Assembly (NCBI GenBank): GCA_964252035.1
Contig: OZ176207.1
Length of the DNA stretch: 64,000 nt
Reading direction: 5' to 3' (one strand)
Source of the DNA: Podarcis erhardii
Taxonomy: Eukaryota
The translations under genes and the position numbers were made by a program. The notes below the pieces were generated by a model. The model was given only the letters and a program-made list of their open reading frames with translations. It did no database searches and had not been told where the DNA came from. Positions 12,448 to 24,067 of the stretch are shown one piece after another (positions within the stretch are counted from its first letter, which is position 1; each line of letters begins with the position of its first letter).

Positions 12448-14061
12448 ACTTTTAATTGTTCTCCAAGACGTGGAGAGAGAGAAAAGGGAAAACGGAACAT
12501 TCTGGGATCAAATCAGAAACCAGGATGGCTTTTATAATTCTGGGACTGTCCCTGGAAAATCAGGACACGGAGGGTATGTAAGAGCTGGTTACCCGAGTTA
12601 CAGTGCTTGTTGATTTATTTATTTTTCAGGGCTGGGGGAGAAATAATTTTCTGTAGGGAAACAAATAAAGCTTTCACTGGGTGAGAAAGTTTTGTGTTTC
12701 CCTGGTTATGCTAAATGCATCTTCTACTGTATCTTGATAGCAAGAAGGGAGCCAGACAACATCATTTTATACACAGCTCAAGCACTCTAGGACTGGACTA
12801 TTAACTTCCTTTTCTGCTACCATGGCAACAAGTTTTGCAAGAGTGTTGGTTTGGAGAGAGTTTTTTCTTTCTTTCTAAAGCCTCTTGTTGCTTTTTTCCC
12901 CCTCATAGTTTTTTTTGCCAGTAACCTAATCTTTCTAAGCTTTAAGTGTCTTGACCTTGGATGCTAACCCACTTATTTGGAAGTAATTTCCACTGAAACA
13001 GTGGTCACAATCCAGCACATGCCTAGGTATACTTAAGCCAATTAATGCCAACAGTGTAAGCACACAAAACTCTGTGTAGGGTTTGTTTGTTTAGGATTGG
13101 ATTGTTGAGCTGTCAATCAAATGATGTTCATGATCGTACACATACAGAGAGGATACAGTTTTCGATAGAAAAAAGCTAGTATTATTGAAACTCAGTTTAA
13201 TGCACCATTCTAAGATGTTTTCCAATACCCTGTTGTGTACTTTATCACAGTAAAAGGAATAACATTAAGTATAAGGAATAACATTATTTTAAAAGGAACC
13301 ATTTTAAAGGTGTCTTCATATATTACAGCAACGCTGAACAGTACAAATCCCATCTTACAAATAAAAAAATGCATGTTCTAGATAATACATTCAACTTGTT
13401 AAGGAGAATTTTCAAATGCCAAAATGACAATAAACCATTCTTTATCTAGTTTCAGAAAATATTGCTATTAACATGCAAAAGAAATTAATAATACTAATTA
13501 TTAGTCCTGGAGATTTGTGTGCTTGTGTGTGTGTTTACATTAGAGCCAGAAAATAGGCTAATACTGAAATGCGTATGTGTTACTTATTTTATTGAGGATG
13601 CTAATTACAAAGAAGGCTTAAAGAAATGTGAAAACACATCTAAATACTAATTAAAACCAAGGTTAGGCTGGGAACAGTGGTTTAACACTTGAAACAAGAC
13701 TCTGTGAAAATCCTCATTATGCTGAAAAGAAGGTTCCAGTTCACCAGTTTGACTGACTCACTGCTGTTGTGGAATTTTTTATAAATATGCATATTCACTA
13801 TTACTGTCCTTGGTAGCTTGCTTTCGTAGGCAGTCAGCTTCTGTTTGAAACCTTTGTCATATTTAGCCCTTGGAAACACCTGATAACCTGCCCCATAACC
13901 TGCCCTTTAGAATGATATTTCCATATCTACCAAACCAGGGGTAGAGGAAAATGCACACATTAAGAGCAAGAACATTTTCTGGTGAATGTAACATACAAGA
14001 AGCAGCATTATCAAATAAATCAAGTTTCTAGGGTAATATGCAATGCTATATTCTTGTTGTG

Positions 14062-14770
14062 GGGTGGATGGGGTGATAGGGGAAGGGCAGTACCTCTGGT
14101 GGGGGACACATCATGCTCCTCCTCGGGTAGTTTGTCTACCTTTCGTCTCCACCCTGCACACAGCTCTCACCTGTGACTCCACTGTCCAGCAAGTGGCAGT
14201 GATTACACCCCAGGAATGGCCTCGACTGGCTGGCTAAACCAGGTGAAAGTAGTCGATGAGCCTCAAACCCTTGGTGAGTTGGGGACTTGCCCTCCAGTGG
14301 ATTGAATGGACAGGACCAATAGTGGGTCCAACAGTCAAGAAGGTGGTTTCTGCACGTGCTTTAGAGGGAAGTGATGGGCAGATGGGGCTCATCAAGCTAG
14401 GAAGGTAGCCTATCTAAGACAAGGAAAACTCTGATCCTAAACCTCCGCTGCCTTGTGGGATACCGTTGGGAGAAGATTAGGCTAAGGAATAAACCCTACA
14501 CAAATCCAGAGTGGAGTTCCTAAGACATTTGGATGGCACTTTGTACGCCACATCCCACAAGTCCTGGTGCCAGATGTGTTGCTCTGCTTTCCTTTGGAGC
14601 AAATCAGTGAGGCTGAGAGTGGGATCTTGTTATTAGGGCAGTTAGGACCTCCATACACACTGCCCAAGCTTGCGCCCCAGGAAGGTCACTTTGGTGCTGC
14701 TAATGCAGCAGTTTGACTTTACTCCTGGAGGAGCACTCCATTGTCTCTTGAGACAGATGGATGTCAACAA
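14062..14770 (+). mobile_element. RTE-derived non-coding element (5' UTR-like region joined to RTE-type 3' tail)
   Basis: 11-bp TSD ttcttgttgtg / tccttgttgtg (14051-14061, 14771-14781, one mismatch), an RTE-like leader and a caacaa tail. No RT ORF. Confidence 0.6.
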
Positions 14771-14799
14771 TCCTTGTTGTGAATTTACATCATGTGTAC

Positions 14800-15122
14800 C
14801 AGAGGTAGGCAACCTAAGACCGGGGGCCGGATGTGCCCCAATTGTCTTCTCAATCCAACCCACAGACAGTCCAGGAATCAGCGTGTTTTTACATGAGTAG
14901 AATGTGTCCCTTTATTTAAAATGCATCTCTGGGTTATTTGTGGGGCCTGCCTGGTGTTTTCACATGAGTAGAATGTGTGCTTTTATTTAGAATGCATCTC
15001 TGGGTTATTTGTGGGGCATAGGAATTCGTTCATTTCCCCCCCTTCAAAATACAGTCCAGCCCCCCACAAGGTCTGAGGGACAGTGGATCGGCCCACGGCT
15101 GAAAAAGTTTGCTGAACCCCCA
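14800..15122 (+). mobile_element. hAT MITE, family copy 1
   Basis: Termini cagaggtaggcaac...aaaagtttgctgaacccc; 8-bp TSD atgtgtac/atatgtac. Confidence 0.75.
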
Positions 15123-15539
15123 ATATGTACTATCTCTAAGAGAAATAGTTTTGCATGTTCATGACTGTGTGCATGTTAAGGGCGCATGGTTATGTATGGG
15201 TCTGGCCTCATCCACTACTGCATTGTGACAGCTCTTCATGCTGAAAAATGTCCCCACACCTGATTTTAATGCTTCTGCATTACTACATAACTAGAGAGCG
15301 CTCCAAATATGTGGGAATCACTAACTTAGATTTGGCTGTACTGATTTAATTTGCTCATTTCCAATATTTATAGAATGCATTTCTCCAGAGATGCCCACAA
15401 AGCAGTTTACACAACAGTCATGAAAATAATCTATCAAAATAATATGGCGTTAAAACAAACAAACAAAGAAATCAGCTCCATAAACAGACATAGCATAACT
15501 TACCTAAAATATCTGCTGAAATAGGATGGTTTTGGTCAA

Positions 15540-15950
15540 GTGTCTGCAATTCAACAGGGAGGAGGCTGTCTAATCTCAACTGGGTGGGAGTTCCAAAGAA
15601 CTAAGTCCACAATACCTGTATGCACAGCTCCTGCTGGATACGAATCATGCATCTGAACCATGAGGGACCACTAACAGAGACTCTCACAAAAATCTCAGTG
15701 GTGAGGCAGGGATATGAGGCATTGTGTGGGCTTTAAGGTATACTGGAGCTGAATTATTAAGGGTTAAAGAACCTTGAACTTGGCTTGCTAACATATGGGC
15801 AGTTCGTGCAATCCTTTAAGCACCAGAGTTATTATGTGTTGGTGGTTGTCTGTCCCCAACAATGGTTTAGCCACAACATCTTACATCAGATGGAGCGTCT
15901 AGATTTGCTCCTTCCAAATAGATAGACACTCAGCCACCCTGAGCTCACTT
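15540..15950 (-). mobile_element. Old L2-like LINE fragment
   Basis: Degenerate similarity to the reverse complement of the L2 ORF2 C-terminal region. Confidence 0.45.
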
Positions 15951-16504
15951 TTAAAGAGAATGATTATGTTTGTTTTGCTAAATCAATTCAAATGTCTACA
16001 TAATTTTAAGAGTGTGTCACCGGACAGGCAGATTTCACATGAAACTAAATAAGATATCCTCCACTCAGCTTCCCATGGCTTGACAAGACCCGCAACACAT
16101 CCTACACATAGTTGCTAAATGCACCGAGTTCTTTACAGTTCTTTAGTATGTTGAAGACTTGGTTCACCAGCCTCACAGTATTCTTCACAGACTCTTTTAG
16201 GCAATCGAAACACAATAAAGCAGAGCATGAAACACAGACTAGAATGGTAAGATTCTTCTGTATGATCCAGATAAGGTTGAAAAGCATTTATTGGGGGGGG
16301 TGAATGTTGCTTGCTTAATTAATAAAACATTAAATTTTAACCACACCGAATTATGCAATATTTAAGGGAAATATGAATATTTGATGGTATGGAAGTTGCA
16401 GGAACTTCATAAAAATGGAGTTTAAACATTGACAGTCTCTGTGGCAAAGCTATGTTGACTTTATTTTAGGTCAGTTTTCATTTTTCATATGAAAAATTGC
16501 TTAC

Positions 16505-17215
16505 TTAAGTAAACAGTAAGATGCCTGCTGGCACAGGACCACCTAAGCCCACAGCGGCCAATCAGATGCCTATGGGAAGCCCACCAGCTTCCTGCTATTG
16601 TTCCCTGGAAACTGGTATTCAGAGTCAGACAGCCTCTGATACAGAAGGTATTATCTAGCCATAATTACTAGTAGCTGTTGGAGGCTTCCCCATCCATGAA
16701 TTTGTCCAATCTCTTTTAAAGCTATCTAAGTCTATGAAGCTACCAGCATAAGTTTGACCAAACTGTGGGAGGCAGTGGAAGACAGGAGTGCCTGGCATGC
16801 TCTGGTCCATGGGGTCACGAAGAGTCAGACACGACTAAACAACAACAACAGCAACAAAGTCTATGACCACTTTCACATTATGCATTGCATAAATAACAAC
16901 TTTCTTTGGTCTGTCCTGAACCTTCCCCACATTCGGCTTCACTGGATGACCCCATGCTATAGCATTATGAGAAGAGAGACAAACATTTATCTCTATCCAC
17001 ATTTTATTAACCTTTTATCACATATCTCCATACTCACCCTTTTGTCTAAACAAACCCTAAAAGTTGTTGAGTAACCTATTCTTTTTAGGTCCAGACCTGT
17101 GGTCATTCTGGTCTCTTCCACACCTTTTCTATATCTGTAATTTCTCTTTTGAGATAGAGTTACCAGAACTATACACAAAATTTGCCAGGTACTTAGTATT
17201 CCACTCTCGGCACTC
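16505..17215 (-). mobile_element. CR1 LINE 3' fragment interrupted by BovB
   Basis: The reverse complement matches the CR1 3' end at 5165-5445 (ccatgaatttgtccaatctcttttaaag). Confidence 0.7.
16738..16856 (+). mobile_element. BovB (RTE) LINE extreme 3' end
   Basis: gaccaaactgtgggaggcagtggaagacaggagtgcctggc...ggggtcacgaagagtcagacacgact plus a (caa)n tail; 10-bp TSD aagtctatga (16728-16737, 16857-16866). Confidence 0.88.
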
Positions 17216-17853
17216 CTTGGCTTATATCTCAACTAGCCTCTCCTGTCAGTCTGCCTGCCTGCCAGCTGATCAGTCAGGTTTTGATGCTTCTCAGACTTCC
17301 AGCCAACTAGCCAACTCCATTTCCCCCCACCTCCTTTACTTTTCTAACTAACTCGACATTTCATGGCTGCTAAAATGCTCAGTGTTTATTGGGCAATTTC
17401 TGACTTTCCTCCCCTAAGCCTGCTGATACCACTCCTGTGTGCAAATGTCACCATTTTGGCCACATAAGGATTGGCACTCACCCCTGCATGTTTCAGACAG
17501 AATGAACTAATGTGACCTGCACAAAAATGCTACAGTATTGTTCCTGTTAAGTGTTGCAGCCTGCCATGTGTTTTTCCAGTACACTCAGTTTCATTCCACC
17601 TGCAAAAGTCAGTCAGAATTCCATAGCATCTGAGCATGCTCATCATTGTGCGGCTACATTAGGAGCTTCCCCCCAGTATTTTTCCTTTTGTACTTCTGCA
17701 AGGTTTGGAACATAAGAAAAGCCTGCTAGTTCTGCATTCAGCTCCCACAAGAAGCCTGAGCGCCAATAAAAAAAAAATCTGAACTGAGCTATAATCATAC
17801 TAAATACTATGATCTCCTGGACAGTTTCCCTACTACAAGGCTTTTCTAATGTA

Positions 17854-18069
17854 CAGTGGTACCTCAGGTTACAGACGCTTCAGGTTACAGACTCTGCTAA
17901 CCCGGAAAGAGTACCTCAGGTTAAGAACTTTGCTTCAGGATGAGAACAGAAATCGCGCGGCGGCAGCGGGGAGGCCCCATTAGCTAAAGTGGCGCTTCAG
18001 GTTAAGAACAGTTTCAGGTTAAGAAAGTACCTCCAGAACGAATTAAGTTCTTAACCCAAGGTACCACTG
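17854..18069. mobile_element. Tigger/pogo-type MITE
   Basis: TIR cagtggtacctc...ggtaccactg with TA on the left; same family as 21095-21325. Confidence 0.8.
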
Positions 18070-18137
18070 TGTGCTCTTTCCATCCTGTTGCAAATTTTCC
18101 TTTCTCCCTTCGCAAAATTTCAAAATATTTTACTTAC

Positions 18138-18205
18138 AAATGTGACATTTTCAAACGATGGCTGTACTGTCTGTTCAAAGAGCAACTGAATCTCTGGAGC
18201 TAAAC
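18138..18205 (-). CDS. CNBD1: CNBD1 exon: (G)LAPEIQLLFEQTVQPSFENVTF
   Basis: Acceptor ccccttcattacattgcag|GT and donor TTT|GTAAGT; 68 nt, phase 1 to 0. Restores the frame between the 39906 and 6411 exons. Confidence 0.8.
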
Positions 18206-18590
18206 CTGCAATGTAATGAAGGGGAAAGAAATTCCCTGTTACCTTTTTTAGGAAAGCTAAGGAAAGAAACAGAATAAAGTGCAGTCCAAATATTATCATT
18301 CCTGAAGTAAATAGATTCCAGGGCAACAAAGACTATTGTTACATTTCCTTGGAATGGGGTTTCCCTTAGTTTTGTATGCTGACAGCTACTTGCTTTATGT
18401 AGCAAATGCTTTCTACTATTATATTAGACTTGCAGCCGTAAAGAACTATTAAATTATGGAGCCACATTCATGGCCCCAGTGCTAAACCTGAGTTGGCTGA
18501 ATTGCATTCCTCAAGGCCAATGACATGAACAATCACTGCAGTATTATGAAGAGCTACTCTCTCCCAACCCCAGTCCTTACATATGACTTA

Positions 18591-18897
18591 GGACCATATC
18601 ATATCACTCCACTTTAAACAATATCACACTACTTTAAGCAGTCATGGCTTCCCCCAAATAATCTTGGGAAATGTAGTTTATTAAGGGTGCTAGGAGTTGT
18701 AAGTTTTCCTGGAGACAACTACAATTCTTAGGACTGACAGTTAAAACCATTCTGCAAATCATAGCTCTGTGAGGGGAATTGGGGTCTAACAACTCTCAGA
18801 ACCCTTAACTAACTACAGTTCCTAGGATTCTTTGGAGGAAGATATGACTGTTTAAAATGGTATAAAACTGCTTTAAGGGTATAATACAGATATGGCC
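18591..18897. mobile_element. PIF/Harbinger-type fold-back MITE
   Basis: Termini ggaccatatc / gatatggcc, TTA TSD on both sides, long imperfect internal palindrome. Confidence 0.7.
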
Positions 18898-19037
18898 TTA
18901 CATTTAATTAAGTTTGCATATAGTTATAGTGTTGGAACAATGATTCTTCACCACTGTCGAAGCAATGATTCTTCAACATCAACTTTGTTGGATTGGTAAT
19001 GTGATTCAGCTGTCTGATTATCGTCTTCCAAAGCAAC

Positions 19038-19436
19038 TACTCTATTCCCAATTTAAGAATGGATAGCGAAATACCAGTGGACAACAAAAGAGGTTTAAAG
19101 ATGCTCTCAAGCCAAATCTTAAAAAATGCAGTATAAGCATGGGAAATTGGGAAACACTGGCCTGCAAAGAGTACAATTGGAGAACAGCCTTTACCAAAGG
19201 TCCCTTGGACTTTGAAGAAGTGCGAACTCAGGACAAAAGGGAGAAATGAGCTAAGAGGAAGGCACACTTGGCAGACCCTCACCATGATCAACTCCTGCCC
19301 GGAAGCCTCTGTCCCCACTGTGGAAGACATATGGATCCAGAATTGGCCTCCACAGTCAATTACGGACACACCGTTAAGACCGTGTTCATGAAAGACAATC
19401 TTACTCGGCTATGAGAGATCGCCAGAGAAGAAGAAA
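19038..19436 (+). mobile_element. RTE LINE 3' end (non-BovB family)
   Basis: Degenerate translation GQQKRFKDALK...WETLA...CPHCGR..SRIGLHSQLRTH (C2H2-like RTE C-terminus), ending in a (gaa)n tail. Confidence 0.75.
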
Positions 19437-19960
19437 ATAGTTATAGTACAGTTCAGAAATCTAACTCTTCCCTATGCCATAAACTCAAAAAGTGTTTAAG
19501 GCACACTTTTTCTCTCTTTCTTGGTTCTTTAGCTCATTCTGTACTCTGCTGAAATCCTAACCTGCCATGCAGGATTTTTGCTTCCAGATCCTCAAGGTCC
19601 TTCCAATTCTATTTGAATGGGATTGGTGGCCAGTTGGTTACTTGGAATGGTAGCTTCAGTAGTAGCAACAGAATTCATGTGTCTATTCCAGTGAACAGAC
19701 AAATCAGGAACTTAGGACCACCCCTCTGCTAATGACAAGCATTCAGCTCCAAGAAGTAACCACAGGATAGGATACCATGCCATATCAATATTGCCTATGT
19801 AGCACATCTGTTTAGGGCCACATGCTAAAACAGATGGAAATTTGCAGCAATTTGGAGCTTGAGCTTTTGCAGGACTCCAACTCCCATCATCCCTGAACAC
19901 TGGACATGCCAGGAAAGGCAGCCCCAGACAGCATAGCCAATCTTCAGGGATCCTTTAAGA

Positions 19961-20215
19961 CATGAGTAGGCAAACTAAGGCCTGGGGGCCGGATCCGGCC
20001 AAATCGCCTTCTAAATCTGGCCCGCGGATGGTCCGGAATTCGCGTGTTTTTACGGGAGTAGAATGTGTGCTTTTTTAAAAAAGGGGCATATCTGTGTTAT
20101 TTGTGGGGCATAGGATTTCATTCATCCCCCCCCCAAAAAAAAATATAGTCTGGCCCCCCACTAGGTCTGAGGGACAATGGACCAGCCCCCTGCTGAAAAA
20201 GTTTGCTGACCCCTG
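19961..20215 (+). mobile_element. hAT MITE, family copy 2
   Basis: Perfect 8-bp TSD ctttaaga (19953-19960, 20216-20223). Confidence 0.88.
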
Positions 20216-21094
20216 CTTTAAGAAAATGCTGCTTTCTTTTGATATGGCCATGTTCAGTGTCCTGTCAGACATGACTTTGCATACCACAGATAGCATTTCC
20301 ATATCCAAGACAGGAAAAGCAGATAACAACAACTATTAAACTATTAAGTGTCCAAACCTAAGAAAATGAAGAGAGAATAATTAGCATTTATATAAGCAAT
20401 GAAGAAGAGAAGGAGGGGGGGGGATAAGCAGTAATTACAGCCAAAGGCCGGAAGAATAATGGGCAAAGGACACAGCTGCTACAGTTTAACAAGTCACCAA
20501 AATAATAATATGGATGGGCTTTGGGGTCCAGATTGCTAATTACTTAAACTCCCATTTATGGAGCATGCTTAGCATCTGGCTGTCAGAAATATAAAGGAAG
20601 TTGTTGGGTACTGAATATGTCTGATAATCTGCTGGTTGGGAATGACTGAGTTACAGCTGGGATTTTTAGAAAACCAGGGCCAAAGTTTCAGAAATAGATG
20701 GCTTGGGGGGGGGGATCTGGGGAGGGGGGTATAGGAAAGAAGTACCATCTATTTATTGGATAAGCTAATGCCTCCAGTAACAATGGGGGAGAAATTCCAT
20801 TTGATTCACATTTTAAGCTGAACCTACCTAATTCGTATTCCTGAAGCATGAACTGAAATGCAGCTATCCTTCAAAATGTGAACTTTTTCAAATTTTACAA
20901 TGCAACCCAAAAATGTGTGCAAAGGATGTGTGCATTAGGGGAAAGTGTGCATATCAATGCCTTTATTAGTGAAGCTGACATATAAAAGTGTACTCTATTC
21001 AGGAAGATTGTTTTCGGAGGAATGACCACTACAATGCTGCTGAATTCTCAGGGCGGCTTTGAAAACAAGAACTGCAAGTGTATAAAAGCAAGTA

Positions 21095-21325
21095 CAGTGG
21101 TACCTTGGGTTACATACACTTCAGGTTACATACGCTTCAGGTTACAGACTCTGCTAACCCAGAAATAGTGCCTCGGGTTAAGAACTTTGCTTCAGGATGA
21201 GAACAGAAACTGCACGGCGGCAGTGGGAGGCCCCATTAGCTAAAGTGGTGCTTCAGGTTAAGAACAGTTTCAGGTTAAGAACGGACCTCTGGAACGAATT
21301 AAGTATTTAACCCGAGGTACCACTG
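21095..21325. mobile_element. Tigger/pogo-type MITE
   Basis: TIR cagtggtacc...ggtaccactg flanked by TA on both sides; inserted into an older AT-rich repeat. Confidence 0.85.
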
Positions 21326-22104
21326 TACCAGTTCAGAAATTACTTTTGAGCGATCAGATCCCACTTTACCCTTTAAATGTACAGTGCACATTGTCCTGAT
21401 CAAACAAGAAGGAATTCTAAGTAGACATGCATAGGATTGTATTGTTTAAAATTAATTTATTTATTTAAAAACAAATAAACTAGATTTTAGAATAAGAACT
21501 GGAATTCATTTAGATATTGGAATGATTGGGTCACTATTGTTGTTGTGTTTTAAAAAAATAAACCTATATGCCAGGATAATAAGTAATAAGAACCCACAGT
21601 TATGTCACCTTTAACACATACTTGTACATACCATTACCACTGGCAGTTTTCCTGCTTTCCCTCTCTGTTTAATTTTTATATTCTAGCAGCAGCAGCAGCA
21701 GTGCCGTAACTGGTCGATTACTTGAATGATGGCTTGTGCCAGAGAAATGGGAGCAGTGTGTTGGTTGCAGGAGGTGGGACTCATATTGGATCACCATGGA
21801 TGTTCTGGCTGTACTTTCCAATACACTAATGCTAGCATTACCAGCTGCATCCTGTCAGAGATTTTTTTTTTAATCAGCCAAGCAATCTGCCGTGCTTTAA
21901 AAATATAATGTGTGTGAAATCAAGAGAGAAGAAAAATATAATCTCATGATGAGAACACTTCTTGGAAGAATCAGTGTTGCTGCGCTGGTGAGTTTCTCTG
22001 CCCCCTCCTTTGAAACACATGGCAAATGAAGCAAGGCTTAAAATGGATAGATTCTTGACAGTGTGATCTCCAAATGTAAACCACAACCCCTCCACACACA
22101 CAAA

Positions 22105-22106
<2 letters not shown>

Positions 22107-22155
<49 letters not shown>
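22107..22155. repeat. (GA)n microsatellite
   Basis: About 24 uninterrupted GA units. Confidence 0.95.
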
Positions 22156-22157
<2 letters not shown>

Positions 22158-22630
22158 TGTTCCTCTTCTTCCGGCTCTTTTCACTTTTCTCCTCTGATCA
22201 ACATGATTCTGTCAATTTGGAAGTGGGTGGAGGAATGAATCATGCATTACAAATGGGTATTTCTCAAAACTGCCAGAGAGACTTATTTAAGAGGTAAAGC
22301 TGCTTTCTTGCATCATATACATCAGGGATAAGGATACTATGGCACTCCTGGTATTGTTGGATCCCTACTCCCATCATCTCCCATTTTGGCTGGGACTGGA
22401 ATCAGAGTTAGTTATGGGGAAGGAATTTGATTCACTTTGCATTAAAATGCAAACTTACAGACTGTGCACTTTCTGAAACGGTACACAAACCAAAACAGAC
22501 ATTCTTCAAAATTCACATTTCTCTGAATTTTGTAATGCAGTTCTCCAGCCAAGTAATGGGGACAAAAAAAATGCATATATTAAGTGTGCCTATAAATGCA
22601 TGCATTAGTGAAAATAATATACAAAATGCA

Positions 22631-23935
22631 TTCTTGGGCAAGGTGATTGAGCGGGTGGTTGCTGAACAACTCCAAGCACGCCTGGAGGAAACGGACCATT
22701 TGGATCCCTTCCAATCGGGATTCAGGCCTCACCATGGGACTGAAACTGCCTTGGTCGCGCTGGTTGATGATCTCCGGCGGGCTAGGGACAAAGGTGAGAG
22801 CTGTTTCCTAGTTCTGCTGGATCTCTCAGCGGCCTTTGACACCATCGACCATAACATCCTTCTGGACCGTCTAGAGGGGCTGGGAGCTGGGGGCACTGTT
22901 ATACAGTGGTTCCGCTCCTTCCTCCTGGGCCGTGTCCAGAAGGTGGTGGTGGGGGGTGAGTGTTCAGACCCCTGGGCTCTCACTTGTGGGGTGCCTCAGG
23001 GTTCTGTCCTCTCCCCCATGCTTTTTAATATCTATATGAAGCCGCTGGGAGAGATCATCAGGGGGTTTGGACTGGGTGTTCATCAGTATGCAGATGACAC
23101 CCAGCTCTACCTCTCCTTTAAATCAGAACCAGTGAAGGCAGTGAAGGTCCTGTGTGAGTGCCTGGAGGCGGTTGGAGGTTGGATGGCGGCTAACAGATAT
23201 AGGTTGAATCCTGACAAGACAGAAGTACTGTTTTTGGGGGGCAGGAGGCGGGCAGGTGTGGAGGATTCCCTGGTCCTGAATGGGGTAATTGTGCCCCTGA
23301 AGGACCAGGTGCGCAGCCTGGGAGTCATTTTGGACTCACAGCTGTCCATGGAGGCGCAGATTAACTCTGTGTCCAGGGCAGCTGTCTACCAGCTCCACCT
23401 GGTACGCAGGCTAAGACCCTACCTCCCCGCGGACTGTCTCGCCAGAGTGGTGCATGCTCTAGTTATCTCACGCTTGGACTACTGCAATGCGCTCTACGTG
23501 GGGCTACCTTTGAAGGTGACCTGGAAACTGCAATTAATCCAGAATGCGGCAGCTAGACTGGTGACTGGGAGTGGCCGCCGGGACCACATAACACCGGTTC
23601 TGAGAGATCTGCATTGGCTCCCAGTACGTTTCCGAGCACGATTCAAAGTGTTGGTGCTGACCTTTAAAGCCCTAAATGGCCTCGGTCCTGTATACCTGAA
23701 GGAGCGTCTCCACCCCCATCGTTCAGCCCGGACACTGAGATCCAGCGCCGAGGGCCTTCTGGCGGTTCCCTCATTGCGAGAAGTGAGGCTACAGGGAACC
23801 AGACAGAGGGCCTTCTCGGTAGTGGCGCCCGCCCTGTGGAACGCCCTCCCATCAGATGTCAAAGAGATAAAGAATTACCTGACGTTCAGAAGACATCTTA
23901 AGGCAGCCCTGTTCAGGGATGTTTTTAATATGTAA
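22631..23935 (+). CDS. L2 ORF2 reverse transcriptase (N-terminally truncated)
   Basis: QSGFR, DLSAAFD, GVPQGSVLSP, QYADD, LNPDKTE and SRLDYCN motifs. The first ~68 aa of the ORF-track call 22427-23935 come from unrelated flank. Confidence 0.9.
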   Translation, partial: FLGKVIERVVAEQLQARLEETDHLDPFQSGFRPHHGTETALVALVDDLRRARDKGESCFLVLLDLSAAFDTIDHNILLDRLEGLGAGGTVIQWFRSFLLGRVQKVVVGGECSDPWALTCGVPQGSVLSPMLFNIYMKPLGEIIRGFGLGVHQYADDTQLYLSFKSEPVKAVKVLCECLEAVGGWMAANRYRLNPDKTEVLFLGGRRRAGVEDSLVLNGVIVPLKDQVRSLGVILDSQLSMEAQINSVSRAAVYQLHLVRRLRPYLPADCLARVVHALVISRLDYCNALYVGLPLKVTWKLQLIQNAAARLVTGSGRRDHITPVLRDLHWLPVRFRARFKVLVLTFKALNGLGPVYLKERLHPHRSARTLRSSAEGLLAVPSLREVRLQGTRQRAFSVVAPALWNALPSDVKEIKNYLTFRRHLKAALFRDVFNM

Positions 23936-24018
23936 TGCTGTATTGTTTTTAATACTGATTGGGAGCCGCCCAGAGTGGCTGGGGAAACTCAGCCAGATGG
24001 GCGGGGTATAAATAATAA

Positions 24019-24066
<48 letters not shown>
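22631..24066 (+). mobile_element. L2 LINE, 5'-truncated, young
   Basis: RT ORF open from the truncation point to the stop, a short 3' UTR and a (TTA)n tail at 24018-24066. Confidence 0.92.

Positions 24067-24067
<1 letters not shown>

Noticed and set aside
22427-22630. N-terminal part of the 502-aa ORF
   Set aside because: Chance in-frame run of an older AT-rich repeat upstream of the L2 truncation point.
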